The notes: generated by a model not told the origin, from the letters alone. A stretch of DNA of 64,000 nt from an uncultured Acidobacteriota bacterium (GCA_963841905.1 CAWJEM010000006.1:14776-78775); one strand, 5' to 3'. Shown: positions 1 through 11,875, counted from the stretch's first letter. Translations and numbers: made by a program.

Positions 1-143
1 CGATCGAACAGGAACGGTTCGCCGTTGTAGGTGCGGGCGACCTCGTACACGCCCTCGCCGTACAAGAACCCGTGGTCGAACACCGAGATGGTCGCACGAT
101 CTCCGTCAGTTATGCGGCCGTTGACATTGACGAACACGCTCAT
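1..143 (-). CDS. Class IV aminotransferase (branched-chain/D-amino-acid/PabC family), 5' part only, runs off the window
   Basis: Manual translation from ATG at 143: MSVFVNVNGRITDGDRATISVFDHGFLYGEGVYEVARTYNGEPFLFD. D-x-G-F-x-Y-G-x-G-V-x-E is the class IV PLP aminotransferase N-terminal signature. Not in the supplied ORF track. Confidence 0.85.
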   Translation of the reverse strand, partial: MSVFVNVNGRITDGDRATISVFDHGFLYGEGVYEVARTYNGEPFLFD

Positions 144-177
144 AGGAGAGCAGCGTACCCCGTGTGCTAGACTCGCA

Positions 178-206
178 GCAAATTTCGGGCTTTGCCCGAA
201 ATTTGC
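178..206. repeat. Perfect 13-bp inverted repeat (GCAAATTTCGGGC-ttt-GCCCGAAATTTGC)
   Basis: Read directly. Lies between divergent genes, just downstream of a TG-n-TAGACT extended -10-like element (168-173). Confidence 0.85.
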
Positions 207-393
207 GTGCCCCGGGTGCCTAAGGTGCCCCTGAGGAGAGGAGGAACGAACCGTCATCGCCTCAGCACCTTGTGCACTCGGTACTTTAGGCACTTCGACA
301 GATTCAGGCACCTAGGCACGTTACGCACCTTACGCACGTTACGCACCAGAACCATAGGCACCATAGGCACCCCCGGCACCTCCGGCACCTTCG
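206..393. repeat. Inverted pair of degenerate ~9-bp tandem arrays (GGTGCC... then ...GGCACC/GCACC)
   Basis: Left arm gggtgcctaaggtgccc; right arm aggcacctaggcacgttacgcaccttacgcacg...ataggcaccataggcacccccggcacctccggcacc. Confidence 0.8.
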
Positions 394-396
394 CGA

Positions 397-1974
397 ATGC
401 GTATCCTAACCGCCGAGCAAATGCGCGAGGCCGATCGGCGCACGATCGAGGACATCGGCATCCCTTCGCTCGTCCTGATGGAAAACGCCGGCCGCCAGGT
501 CGTGGCGGCGATGGAATCGTTCTATGAGGACCTCGCCGAACGCAACGTCGCCATCATTTGCGGCAAGGGCAACAACGGCGGGGACGGCTTCGTCGTCGCA
601 CGCACGCTGCATCAGCGCGGCATCGAGGCCTCGGTCTTTCTGGTCGGCCAGGTCACAGACGTCAAGGGCGACGCACGAATCAACCTCGAGATTCTCGGGC
701 GGCTGGGGGTCACCGTGGTCGAGATCGTGGACGAAGGGCAGTGGGATCTGCATCTGTCCGAGATCTCGAGCCACGACCTCATCGTCGACGCGCTGTTTGG
801 TACCGGGTTGAAGTCGGCGCTCTCGGGTATTTACGAGACCGTGATTGCGGACATCAACGCGTCTGCGATCCCGGTCGTGTCGATCGACGTACCATCCGGG
901 ATGTCGGCTGATACGTCCGATGTCATCGGCGACTGTATCGAAGCGTCGCTGACGGTGACATTGGGTGCCCCCAAACTGCCGCTCATTCTGCCGCCGGCAG
1001 AGCAGAAGTCCGGCGAGGTGGTCATCGCCGACATCGGGATTCCGGTATCGGTGTTCGAGTCGCTCGACGGTCCCCGCGTCGAGTTGATGACCCGGGAGCA
1101 GATTCGCAGCGTGATCACGCCGCGCGAAGCGGATGCCCACAAAGGCGACTTCGGCCGCGTGTTGATCGTCGCGGGATCGCGCGGCAAGACCGGCGCAGCT
1201 GTACTCGCGGCGCAAGGCGCGCTCAAGTCGGGCGCCGGACTCGTGACGGTGGCCACGCCGCGTTGCTGCGCGGCGATCGTGGCGATGCAAGCGCCCGAGT
1301 ACATGACCGAAGCGCTCGAGGAAACAGTCGATGGCACGGTCGATTTCGCCGCGGCCGACTACGCGCTGGCACTGAGCGCCGACGCGATGGCGGTGGGCCC
1401 GGGACTCGGCCGCGGCCAGGGGGTCGCGACCTTCGTCCGGGAGTTGCTCGAGAACAGCGAGATCCCACTCGTCTTCGACGCGGATGCGCTCAACGCGTTC
1501 GCTGACGACCCGGCGTCCCTGGTGGGACGTGACGGACGAGACGTCATCATCACGCCCCATCCGGGAGAGATGGCGCGCCTCGTCGGATGCGCCGTGGACG
1601 ACGTACAAGCGGACCGGCTGGGGATTGCGCGGGACTTCGCCTCTGCCCACAAGGTCTACGTCGTCCTCAAGGGCTACCGCACGCTCATCGCAACACCAGA
1701 CGGGAAGATTTTTGTCAACCCGACGGGAAGCCCCGGCATGGCGACCGGCGGCACCGGCGATGTCCTCGCGGGCATGCTTGCGGGGTGGTTGGCGCAGCTC
1801 CTCGACGCCGAAGCCGCCTGTCGCCTGGCTGTGTACCTTCACGGCGCGGCGGGCGAGCTGGCCGACGCTGACGAGGGCGAAGTCTCGATGACCGCGGTCG
1901 ATCTGGTCGCACACATCGGCGATGCTGTTCTCGAGCTCACGGCACGCCGGCGAGTGGTCCAGAAAAACGAGTGA
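397..1974 (+). CDS. nnr: Bifunctional NAD(P)H-hydrate epimerase/dehydratase (YjeF/Nnr)
   Basis: LMENAG, GKGNNGGDG, DALFGTG and DVPSG in the N-domain; HKGDFG, GPGLG, DADAL, TPHPGE and MATGGTGDVLAG in the C-domain. Confidence 0.96.
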   Translation: MRILTAEQMREADRRTIEDIGIPSLVLMENAGRQVVAAMESFYEDLAERNVAIICGKGNNGGDGFVVARTLHQRGIEASVFLVGQVTDVKGDARINLEILGRLGVTVVEIVDEGQWDLHLSEISSHDLIVDALFGTGLKSALSGIYETVIADINASAIPVVSIDVPSGMSADTSDVIGDCIEASLTVTLGAPKLPLILPPAEQKSGEVVIADIGIPVSVFESLDGPRVELMTREQIRSVITPREADAHKGDFGRVLIVAGSRGKTGAAVLAAQGALKSGAGLVTVATPRCCAAIVAMQAPEYMTEALEETVDGTVDFAAADYALALSADAMAVGPGLGRGQGVATFVRELLENSEIPLVFDADALNAFADDPASLVGRDGRDVIITPHPGEMARLVGCAVDDVQADRLGIARDFASAHKVYVVLKGYRTLIATPDGKIFVNPTGSPGMATGGTGDVLAGMLAGWLAQLLDAEAACRLAVYLHGAAGELADADEGEVSMTAVDLVAHIGDAVLELTARRRVVQKNE

Positions 1975-2381
1975 GCCATCAGACAACTCACGTCACGGGT
2001 TCAGAGGACGAGACACGCCTGGTAGCCTCGCGCCTTGCGGCCGGGTTGCAGTCGGGAGCGGTCCTCCTGCTGTCGGGGGAGCTCGGCGCAGGCAAAACGA
2101 CGTTCGTTCGAGGCCTGGCGGCCGGGTTAGGCATCGATCCCGATGAGGTGACGAGCCCAACGTTCACTCTCGTCCATGAATATGGTGGTGGTCGCCTGCC
2201 GTTGGTGCACGTCGATCTGTACCGACTCGATCGCGCCGATCTCGACGACGTCGGCCTGGACGGCGAGCTCGCCGCGCGTGGTGTGCTGGCGATCGAGTGG
2301 GCCGAGCGGCTGACCAGGACGCCTTTTGGCGCGGTCACCGTCACGATCGAGGATCGAGGAGGGGAGGGACGGACGATTACG

Positions 2382-4031
<1,650 letters not shown>

Positions 4032-4037
4032 TTATAA

Positions 4038-4159
4038 GGCCTACGGCCGACGGTCGACGGCCTACGGTTAGTTTTCAAGTTGAAGTCGCCTTCTTTCCGT
4101 GGACCGTACACCGGCGACTGTGGACCGTGGACCGTGGACCGTGAGCCGTGGACCGTCTA
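4038..4159. repeat. Inverted pair of 7-bp tandem arrays (ACGGYC(G/T) / CCGTGGA) between secA and guaB
   Basis: Left arm ctacggccgacggtcgacggcctacgg; right arm ccgtggaccgtacaccggcgactgtggaccgtggaccgtggaccgtgagccgtggaccgt. Confidence 0.8.
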
Positions 4160-7090
4160 CGCCCCATGGCATTTCTTGAATTTCTTGCCGCTGCCGCACC
4201 AGCAGGGGTCGTTTCGTCCAATCTTGGGCTCCTCGCGTCGCACCGTCTTGATCGGGGCATCGTCTCCGCCAACCCGCGCCGGCCTCGGCCCACCGTTGGC
4301 GACCGCCGCACCACCGGCTCGCGTCGCCGCAGCGCCGCTCGCGAACGCCGGCGCTTGCGAGACACTGGGATCGTTGTATCGCAGCTGCTGCGGTCGCGCG
4401 GGAGCTGGCCGTGACCGCACTGGCGCCACCGCCTGATCGGCCTCGCCTTCGACCGGCCGGAGCCACCAGAGGTAGCGAACGACCTCTTCCTCGATGCGTC
4501 GCCGCATGTCCTGAAAGAGCTGAAAGCTTTCCTTTTTGTATTCAACCAGCGGATCGCGCTGACCGTAGCCGCGCAGGCCGATCCCTTCCTTGAGGTGGTC
4601 GAGCGAGTAGAGGTGATCCTTCCACTGCCCATCAACGATCTGGAGCATCAAGTCACGCTCGACGCGGCGCATCAGGTCGCTGGGAACGATCTTCTCTTTC
4701 TCGTCGTACTTCGCCTTCACCCGTTCCCACAGCATGTCTTGCAGCTCTTCGGTGCTCCGATTCTGGAGGCCCACTTCCTCGAAGTCGCGCTCGGTCAGTC
4801 CGAAGGTCTGCGTCAGATCGCGCTTCAGCGCGTCGAGGTCCCATGCGTCCTCATCGGTATCCTTGCCGGCGTACTGATCGACTTTGTCCTGCAAGATCTC
4901 TTCGGCGGTGGCCATGACGTAGCCGCGGGTGTCGCTCAACTCCTCTTCGCTGAGATGAATCGAGCCCTCGAGAATCTCCCGCCGCAGCGTGTACACACTC
5001 TCACGCTGCTTGTTCATCACATCGTCATATTCGAGGAGGTGTTTGCGGACCGAGAAGTTCTGCGCCTCGACCTGCTTTTGCGCCCGCTCGATTGCCCGTG
5101 TCACCATGCCGTGCTCGATCGGGACGTTTTCTTCCATCCCGAGCTTCTGCATGAGGCCTGAGACGCGATCGGTGCCGAAGATTCGCATGAGGTCGTCTTC
5201 GAGCGACAAGTAGAAGCGGGAGGAGCCAGGGTCGCCCTGACGGCCTGCGCGTCCCCGAAGCTGATGATCGATGCGGCGCGCTTCGTGACGCTCGGTGCCG
5301 AGGATGTGGAGGCCGCTGAGCGCCACGACGTCGTCGTGCTCGGCTGCGCACTGTGCCTTGAAGTGTCCGTAGACGCGATCCCAGTCGCTTCGCTTGACGC
5401 GATAGAACGTATCGACCATGAAGAAGTAGACGAACTCGTCATCGTCGACAAACTTTTCTTCTCCGCGCGGAAGCTTTTCGGCGACGCCTTCGTTGAGCGC
5501 TTGCTGGCGAGCCATGTGCTCGGCGTTGCCGCCAAGCAGGATGTCGGTGCCGCGGCCGGCCATGTTGGTCGCGATGGTGATGGCGCCTTTGCGACCCGCC
5601 TGAGCGACGATTTCGGCTTCTTGCGCGTGGTACTTCGCGTTCAGAACGATGTGCTTGATGCCCTTGCGCCGGAGCATGCCCGACAGCCGTTCTGACTTTT
5701 CAATCGAGACCGTGCCGACCAGCACGGGACGGCTCTCTTCCTGCTTGGCGATGATGTCTTCGACGATCGCCGTCCATTTTTCAGCCTCGGTGCGGTAGAC
5801 GAGATCCGGCTCCTCGACGCGGCGGAGCGGCCGATTGGTGGGAATCACGTTGACGTCGAGGCTGTAGATCTTGCCGAACTCGGGTGCCTCGGTTTCCGCA
5901 GTCCCGGTCATGCCGGCGAGCTTCTTGTACTTGCGGAAATAGTTCTGGAACGTGATGGTGGCGAGCGTCTGATTCTCGCGTTCGATCTTGACGCCCTCTT
6001 TGGCTTCGACCGCCTGGTGGAGACCGTCGCTCCACCGGCGCCCAGGCATCAAGCGGCCCGTGAACTCGTCCACGATGACGACCTGGCCATCCTTGATCAT
6101 GTATTCGACGTCAAGGCGATAGTGCACGTGCGCGCGTAGCGCCTGCTGCACGTGGTGGAGCAGCGGCATGTTCGCCGGGTCGTAGAGACCACCCGGTTCC
6201 ATGCGATGCGCCAGCATCTGCTCGGCCTTGGCCATGCCGGCCTCGGTGAGGGTCACGGTCTTGTGCTTCTCGTCAACTGTGTAGTCGCCCGATGCCTCGA
6301 GACGGTCGCGGTCTTCGGCCTTGACCTGACCCTGATGGACCTCGCCTTTCTTCAGCTTGGGAATGATCTTGTCGACTTCGTAATAGAGATCCGTTGAAAC
6401 TTCAGCGGGTCCCGAAATGATGAGCGGCGTTCGAGCTTCGTCAATCAGAATCGAGTCCACCTCGTCGACGATGGCGAAGTGATGACCGCGTTGGACCATG
6501 CTGGACAGCTCGAACTTCATGTTGTCGCGCAGGTAGTCGAAACCGAACTCGTTGTTGGTGCCGTAGGTGATATCCGCAGCGTAAGCGACCTGTCGTTGGG
6601 CGTCGGTCAGCTCGTGCTGGATGACGCCGACCGACATCCCCAGGAACCGATAGATTCGGCCCATCCATTCCGAGTCGCGTCGGGCCAGGTAATCGTTCAC
6701 CGTCACGACGTGAACGCCCTTGCCGGCGAGCGCGTTGAGATACGCCGGCAGCGTCGCGACGAGGGTCTTGCCTTCGCCGGTCTTCATCTCGGCGATTTTG
6801 CCGCCGTGCAGCACCATGCCGCCAATCAGCTGGACGTCGTAGTGCCGCATGTTGAGCGCCCGGCGACCGGCTTCGCGGACGACGGCGAAGGCTTCGGACA
6901 GCAGGTCGTCCAGGGCCGCGCCGCCGGCGAGCCGCTCCCGGAATTCCGCGGTCTTTGCGCGAAGCTGGGAATCGGACAGCGACTCGATTCCCGACTCGAG
7001 CTCGTTGATGCTCGACACCAGCGGTGCCAGCCGCTTGAGCTCACGATCGTTCTGAGTGCCAATAACCTTGGCGAGAAGCTGACCTAGCAT
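4157..7090 (-). CDS. secA: Preprotein translocase ATPase SecA
   Basis: [51 protein letters not shown] and the C-terminal SEC-C motif [19 protein letters not shown]. Confidence 0.98.
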   Translation of the reverse strand: MLGQLLAKVIGTQNDRELKRLAPLVSSINELESGIESLSDSQLRAKTAEFRERLAGGAALDDLLSEAFAVVREAGRRALNMRHYDVQLIGGMVLHGGKIAEMKTGEGKTLVATLPAYLNALAGKGVHVVTVNDYLARRDSEWMGRIYRFLGMSVGVIQHELTDAQRQVAYAADITYGTNNEFGFDYLRDNMKFELSSMVQRGHHFAIVDEVDSILIDEARTPLIISGPAEVSTDLYYEVDKIIPKLKKGEVHQGQVKAEDRDRLEASGDYTVDEKHKTVTLTEAGMAKAEQMLAHRMEPGGLYDPANMPLLHHVQQALRAHVHYRLDVEYMIKDGQVVIVDEFTGRLMPGRRWSDGLHQAVEAKEGVKIERENQTLATITFQNYFRKYKKLAGMTGTAETEAPEFGKIYSLDVNVIPTNRPLRRVEEPDLVYRTEAEKWTAIVEDIIAKQEESRPVLVGTVSIEKSERLSGMLRRKGIKHIVLNAKYHAQEAEIVAQAGRKGAITIATNMAGRGTDILLGGNAEHMARQQALNEGVAEKLPRGEEKFVDDDEFVYFFMVDTFYRVKRSDWDRVYGHFKAQCAAEHDDVVALSGLHILGTERHEARRIDHQLRGRAGRQGDPGSSRFYLSLEDDLMRIFGTDRVSGLMQKLGMEENVPIEHGMVTRAIERAQKQVEAQNFSVRKHLLEYDDVMNKQRESVYTLRREILEGSIHLSEEELSDTRGYVMATAEEILQDKVDQYAGKDTDEDAWDLDALKRDLTQTFGLTERDFEEVGLQNRSTEELQDMLWERVKAKYDEKEKIVPSDLMRRVERDLMLQIVDGQWKDHLYSLDHLKEGIGLRGYGQRDPLVEYKKESFQLFQDMRRRIEEEVVRYLWWLRPVEGEADQAVAPVRSRPAPARPQQLRYNDPSVSQAPAFASGAAATRAGGAAVANGGPRPARVGGDDAPIKTVRREEPKIGRNDPCWCGSGKKFKKCHGA

Positions 7091-7121
7091 GACTAGTGCC
7101 CGTGGCTGTGGTTAACCCGAC

Positions 7122-7151
7122 ATTATAGGTTCCACGGTTCCACGGTTCCAA
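7122..7151 (-). promoter_or_regulatory. Putative sigma70 promoter of secA
   Basis: TATAAT (7127-7122), with TTGGAA 18 bp upstream (7151-7146) supplied by the repeat array. Confidence 0.5.
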
Positions 7152-7328
7152 AGTTCCAAAGTTCCAGGGTTCCAGGGTTCAGACCTTCGAACCGTGTGAC
7201 CTTGGCGCTTGAAAGCCTCGATGGCGCGCTGGAACCCTGAACCTTAGTACCGTGAACCCTGAACTCTGAACCTTGGAACCTTGGAACCTTGGAACTTTGG
7301 AACCCTGGAACTTTGGAACCTTGGAACG
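7128..7328. repeat. Inverted pair of 7-8-bp tandem arrays (GGTTCCA(N) / TTGGAACC)
   Basis: Left arm ggttccacggttccacggttccaaagttccaaagttccagggttccagggttc; right arm gaaccttggaaccttggaaccttggaactttggaaccctggaactttggaaccttggaac. Confidence 0.9.
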
Positions 7329-7333
7329 AGATC

Positions 7334-8242
7334 TCAGCGCCGGTAGTTCGACAGGAGATGGAGCGGGTTCAGGAGGCGGCCGTTGACGCGGACTTCGTAG
7401 TGGAGGTGTGAGCCGGTCGAGCGGCCCGTCGAGCCGACGAGGCCAATGATGTCGCCTCGCTTGACCTTGGCGCCGTTCGGGGCCAGGAACTTCGACAGGT
7501 GCCCGTAGCGGGTCTCGAGGCCGTATTCGTGCTGGATGACAATCAGATTGCCGTAGCCGCTCTCGTGCCCCGCTGACGTAATGGTGCCATCTGCCGTGGC
7601 ATACACGGGGTTCCCGCGATCGGCTGAAATGTCGAGGCCTTCGTGAAAGTCTCGGCCGCCGTGAATCGGATCGCGTCTGGTCCCGACCGTCGACGAGAGC
7701 CAGCCATGTGCCGGCCAAATCGATGGCGTCGAGGCCGCCAGCGCATTGCGCTTGTCGACGTCCGACCGCACCGTGCTCAGGCGGCTTTCCAGGCCTTGCA
7801 GAACCTCGCGGAGGAGGCCGAACGTGTTCTCCGGCGACTGCAGCGCCGGGAGCGTTCCCATTTGCGGCGCGGCGGATGTCGGCGTGGCCCCGCCCATCGC
7901 CTGGTTCTTCACGACGGCAGGGAGCTTGTTCATCGCCGCGTGCAGCGTGGGGTCCAAAGCGGCTTTGGCACCCAGCTCGCCGATGGCCTCCTGCAATCCT
8001 TGGATCTGGCCGGACAGCGCCTCGGTTGCGACACGGTAATTCGCGTTCTCGATTTCAAGAGCCGACGCGGTGGCGTAAAGCTGCGAAACCTCGCCCTTCG
8101 CCTTGAGCGCCGCGCCGGTTCCAATCAACACCGGTAGCGCCAGGACGCCCGCGACGGTTCCTAATGCCGGCCAGAACGGCACCGTGAACCGACGCACGAC
8201 GCCCGTACGTCGATCGGCGAGGACAATCGTGTATCGCCTCAA
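7334..8242 (-). CDS. M23 family metallopeptidase with N-terminal TM segment and coiled coil
   Basis: PSIWP, HEGLD (HxxxD), YGHL and STGSHLHYEV (HxH) motifs. Start codon uncertain (TTG). Confidence 0.92.
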   Translation of the reverse strand: MRRYTIVLADRRTGVVRRFTVPFWPALGTVAGVLALPVLIGTGAALKAKGEVSQLYATASALEIENANYRVATEALSGQIQGLQEAIGELGAKAALDPTLHAAMNKLPAVVKNQAMGGATPTSAAPQMGTLPALQSPENTFGLLREVLQGLESRLSTVRSDVDKRNALAASTPSIWPAHGWLSSTVGTRRDPIHGGRDFHEGLDISADRGNPVYATADGTITSAGHESGYGNLIVIQHEYGLETRYGHLSKFLAPNGAKVKRGDIIGLVGSTGRSTGSHLHYEVRVNGRLLNPLHLLSNYRR

Positions 8243-8360
8243 AACATCAATCTCGCGGAAGTTCGAACCTTTAGTCTTCGGAAGTGGAAACTATAGCACG
8301 GGCTCAACAGCAGGTCTGCCAACCCGTGCAACCTTTCGCTATTTGATCGTTTGCGGCGTC

Positions 8361-8405
8361 GGCGGGTCTTTCGCGGCGTCGGCGGGTCTAAAGACCCGCC
8401 CCTAC
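8361..8405 (-). repeat. GTAG-type REP-like palindrome plus a partial second copy
   Basis: Minus strand reads GTAG-G-GGCGGGTC-TTTA-GACCCGCC (8405-8381). GCGGCGTCGGCGGGTCT is also directly duplicated. Confidence 0.65.
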
Positions 8406-8419
8406 GTACACGAATACGA

Positions 8420-9940
8420 TCACTCGATCACACGATACTGGAGCGCTTCTGCCAGATGATCCGGCGCGATGGCGCCTGCGCCGGCAAGGTCTGCCACCGT
8501 GCGGGCGACCTTGAGGACGCGGTGGAATCCGCGAGCCGAGAGCTGAAGACGCTCCGCGGACCGCGTCAGCAGGCGCTGCCCGGCGTCGCTCAACGCACAC
8601 GTGCGCTCGAACGCACGACCATGCAGGGTCGCATTCAGGCAGCCGGAGCGACCGGGCCGTGTGATCTGACGCTCGCGAGCGGCCGACACCCGGGATCGCA
8701 CAGCAGCCGACGATTCGCCCACGTGGTCGCCAATCAGGTCGCCGATGGCGACCGGTTCGACATCGACGATCAGGTCGATTCGATCCAAGAGCGGGCCCGA
8801 CAACCGTCCGCGATAGGCAGCGACCTGCTGTGGCGTGCACCGGCACGGACGTTTCGGGTCACCGCGATACCCACAGGGACAGGGGTTCATCGCCGCAACG
8901 AGGACAAATCGAGCCGGGAAGCTGACGGTACGGGCCGCTCGCGCGATCGCGATACGTCCCTCCTCGAGCGGTTGACGCAGGACGTTGAGCACATGGCGAC
9001 TGAACTCCGGCATTTCATCCAGGAAGAGCACGCCATGATGGGCGAGGCTGATCTCGCCCGGCCGAGGATTGGCGCCGCCGCCCACCAGGGCGACATCCGA
9101 GATCGTGTGATGGGGTGCGCGAAAGGGGCGGTCCACGAGCAAGCCGCCGCCGGCGGTCAAAGTGCCTGCAACCGAATGAATGGCCGTGCACTCCAACGCC
9201 TCATCGAAGGACAGGGGAGGCAAGACTCCCGGGAGCCGTCGGGCGAGCATAGTTTTGCCGGCGCCCGGGGGACCGACCATCAGCAGGTTGTGACCACCGG
9301 CGGCCGCAACTTCCAGCGCCCGCCGCGCGAACGACTGCCCGCGAAGATCGGACAGGTCGAGCAAGGTGTCGGCTGCCGCCGGATGCTGAGTGCGGCCCTC
9401 CAAGCCGGTCGGCTCGGGCCATTCCGTCGAGGGCCGCTTCAGAATCGCCACCGCTTCTGCCAGCGTGCGTACAGGCAGCAGGCGCAACCCCGCAACGACC
9501 GCCGCCTCGGCCGCGTTGGGCGCGGGCAAGAGGAGCGCGGCCGCCCCTCGTTTCCGCGCAGCCGCTGCGATGGGCAAGACTCCTCGTACGCCGTGGATGG
9601 AGCCATCGAGCGACAGCTCGCCGACCAAGACGACGTTCTGTAGCCCACGCGACGTGAGGACGCCTTCGGCGGAGAGAATGCCGAGCGCGATGGGCAGGTC
9701 GAACGAAGAGCCAGCCTTCCGCACATCGGCGGGCGCCAGATTGATGGTGATTCGGTGTGTCGGAAACTCGAAGCCGGAGTTTCGGATGGCCGCGCGCACG
9801 CGGTCCCGGCTCTCGCGGACGCTTGTATCAGGCAGGCCCACCATTCGGAAGAACGGCAGTCCGAGTCCGACATCGACCTCGACGTGTACCGGGTGTGAGT
9901 CCACACCGAACACCGCTGCACTCTCCAGGCGTGCCAGCAT
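8420..9940 (-). CDS. comM: YifB/ComM Mg-chelatase-like AAA+ ATPase
   Basis: VGLPD..VRESRDRV, INLAPAD, DLPIALG, GPPGAGKTMLA, PFRAPHH, GEISLAHHGVLFLDE, AMNPCPCG and SGPLLDRIDL. Confidence 0.95.
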   Translation of the reverse strand: MLARLESAAVFGVDSHPVHVEVDVGLGLPFFRMVGLPDTSVRESRDRVRAAIRNSGFEFPTHRITINLAPADVRKAGSSFDLPIALGILSAEGVLTSRGLQNVVLVGELSLDGSIHGVRGVLPIAAAARKRGAAALLLPAPNAAEAAVVAGLRLLPVRTLAEAVAILKRPSTEWPEPTGLEGRTQHPAAADTLLDLSDLRGQSFARRALEVAAAGGHNLLMVGPPGAGKTMLARRLPGVLPPLSFDEALECTAIHSVAGTLTAGGGLLVDRPFRAPHHTISDVALVGGGANPRPGEISLAHHGVLFLDEMPEFSRHVLNVLRQPLEEGRIAIARAARTVSFPARFVLVAAMNPCPCGYRGDPKRPCRCTPQQVAAYRGRLSGPLLDRIDLIVDVEPVAIGDLIGDHVGESSAAVRSRVSAARERQITRPGRSGCLNATLHGRAFERTCALSDAGQRLLTRSAERLQLSARGFHRVLKVARTVADLAGAGAIAPDHLAEALQYRVIE

Positions 9941-10101
9941 GGCGAGGGTCGTGCAAGACGCGGTGCTCCCGGCTGCGGAACCCTAAGTCGTTGAGCGGGC
10001 GAAAGGACGGCTACAGATGACTAACCGGGTGTTGCGGGAATTGCCCGGTGGGAGTAGGGCCGCGCCGGCAGAATCTGCGCTCTGAGCTGGAGCTTCGCTA
10101 G

Positions 10102-11814
10102 CTACTGCTGCTGATTCACGCTGGATCGCGCACCCTGGACGACGAGCCGCGTGCCGACCCGGAGCGTGGAACTGCGCAATTTGTTCGATTCTTTCAAGTT
10201 CGCCACCGTCGTCTGATATTTGCGAGCGATCGAAGACAACGTTTCGCCAGCCCTCACCCGGTGCACAATCCGCGGCACGTCTTCCGGATCCGGGTCTTCG
10301 AAGACCGCTGGTGTCTCTCCGCCGCCCGACGCGACGTCGGCGTTGGATCCGCCTCCGGCGCGAGCCAGTAGCGCCGCTGACGGCATCCGCGGAATGAGCA
10401 GTCGTTGACCGGCGATGACCTTGGACGCCGTCCGCAGGTAGTTGGCCGCGGCCAAATCGGTTCGGTTGACGCGAAGCTTGCGTGCGATCGTGGACAGCGT
10501 CTCTCCGCGCTTGACCGTATGCCACTGCAACGCGTTGAGCTCGTTCGGGCTTGCTGCCGACAGTCGCTCCTTGACTACCAGCGCGGTGCCCTCGGGAAGC
10601 GCCAACTCGTAACTCGCCCGGATGGGGGTCGTCCAGCGACGCAGTTCGGGGTTGAGCCTCTGCAGTTCGTCGACCGGAATGGCCGCCCATTCGGCGATGC
10701 GCCGAAGATCGACGGCGGGCGGCACGGTGACGGTTTCGGTTTCGGGCGCCGACGTCGGAACGATGTCGAACCCGTATTTGGTGGGATTCTTGGCGATGAT
10801 GACCGCTGCGAGAATCATCGGGACGTAATCCCTGGTCTCGCGCGGCAAATACCGGGAATTCGTCGTCAGGCTCCAGAAGTCGTCACGACGGCTGCGTTTC
10901 ATCGCGCGCGTGACCCGGCCCGGGCCACCGTTGTACGACGCGAGCGCAAGGTGCCAGTCGTCAAAGATGCCGTTTAGTGCCTTCAGGTATTTGGCCGCGG
11001 CGAGAGTGGCCTTTTCCGGATCCGAACGCTCATCGATGTACCAGTCCTGACGAAGCCCGTTTTCGACCCCGGTTCCCGGCATGAACTGCCAGACGCCCTT
11101 GGCCTTCGCGCGCGAGAGAGCCGTCGGCTTGAAGGCGCTTTCGACCAGCGGCACATAGGCCAAATCGAGGGGCAGACCCTCCGCTCGAAACACATCCTGG
11201 ATCATTGGCAAGTACTGCGCGCCACGCGACAATCCGCTGGCCAGGAACTCGCGAAGGCGGCCCTGGAACAGCTCCACGTAGCGGAGGACGCGGTCGTTCA
11301 GCGGGATCGGAATGTCGTGAGACGTTTCCTGAAGGTCGGCCTCGACGTTTTCGGCGGTACTCGCCGTTGGCGGCGTGGTATCGAACGTGAGGAGCTCGTC
11401 AATCGAGGCCGGTTCGGCGACCTGCTCGGTGAAACCGTCGCCCGTGGCCAGAGCGGTCAGCTCGAGCGCGGCAATGCGATCGACCAGCCGGTCAAAGTGT
11501 TCGCGGACGCGCGTGTCGGAACGTGCGCCCTCGGACGATTCGAGCAACACCTCGAGCGCTCTATTGAAATGCGACTTCGCACCCGCCAAGTGGCCAAGGG
11601 TCAGTTCCTTGCGGCCTTCTTCGAAGTGCCGATCGGCAGCGCCCAGTAATTCAAGAATCGGATCAACCGGCGGCGTCGTCGGTGGTGGCGGTGCCGGTAG
11701 CTGCGCTTCAGCCGCAGGAGGCGCAACGACAGCCACTCGCCCGCGTCCCGAAGAACACGCAACGCTAAGACACAGTACCGCTGTGAGAGCGAAGCAACCT
11801 ACGCGGTTCGGCAT
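10102..11814 (-). CDS. mltD: MltD-like membrane-bound lytic transglycosylase with two LysM domains (lipoprotein)
   Basis: Lipobox-like LSVAC; LVESAF (catalytic Glu), GVWQFM, DERSDPE, LASYNGG and ETRDYVP; LysM motifs HTVKRGETLSTIA and HRVRAGETLSSIA. Start reassigned to ATG 11814, supported by the upstream promoter. Confidence 0.9.
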   Translation of the reverse strand: MPNRVGCFALTAVLCLSVACSSGRGRVAVVAPPAAEAQLPAPPPPTTPPVDPILELLGAADRHFEEGRKELTLGHLAGAKSHFNRALEVLLESSEGARSDTRVREHFDRLVDRIAALELTALATGDGFTEQVAEPASIDELLTFDTTPPTASTAENVEADLQETSHDIPIPLNDRVLRYVELFQGRLREFLASGLSRGAQYLPMIQDVFRAEGLPLDLAYVPLVESAFKPTALSRAKAKGVWQFMPGTGVENGLRQDWYIDERSDPEKATLAAAKYLKALNGIFDDWHLALASYNGGPGRVTRAMKRSRRDDFWSLTTNSRYLPRETRDYVPMILAAVIIAKNPTKYGFDIVPTSAPETETVTVPPAVDLRRIAEWAAIPVDELQRLNPELRRWTTPIRASYELALPEGTALVVKERLSAASPNELNALQWHTVKRGETLSTIARKLRVNRTDLAAANYLRTASKVIAGQRLLIPRMPSAALLARAGGGSNADVASGGGETPAVFEDPDPEDVPRIVHRVRAGETLSSIARKYQTTVANLKESNKLRSSTLRVGTRLVVQGARSSVNQQQ

Positions 11815-11836
11815 CTTCCCGGGGAGGGGACACCGG

Positions 11837-11875
11837 AGGGTATCATTCAAGTTGATGACCGTCAATTGGTTGATT
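11837..11875 (-). promoter_or_regulatory. Putative sigma70 promoter of mltD with overlapping IHF-consensus box
   Basis: TTGACG-17 bp-TACCCT with a TG extension. AATCAA-CCAA-TTG ends in the -35 box. Confidence 0.55.

Noticed and set aside
406-1986. Long antisense or alternative-frame ORFs (e.g. 406-1986, 2526-3926, 8351-9643, 28723-30090, 46784-48388, 55724-57037)
   Set aside because: They shadow well-supported genes, are Arg/Ala/Gly-rich without motifs, and are expected in high-GC DNA.
7179-7718. ORF with repetitive SKVPKFQGSKVPRFQG tail
   Set aside because: Out-of-frame overlap with the M23 gene; the periodic peptide is just the 8-bp array translated.
9940-9975. Possible sigma-54 promoter upstream of comM (GAGCAC...TTGCA)
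   Set aside because: Lacks the invariant GG at -24 with the correct 10-bp spacing to GC.
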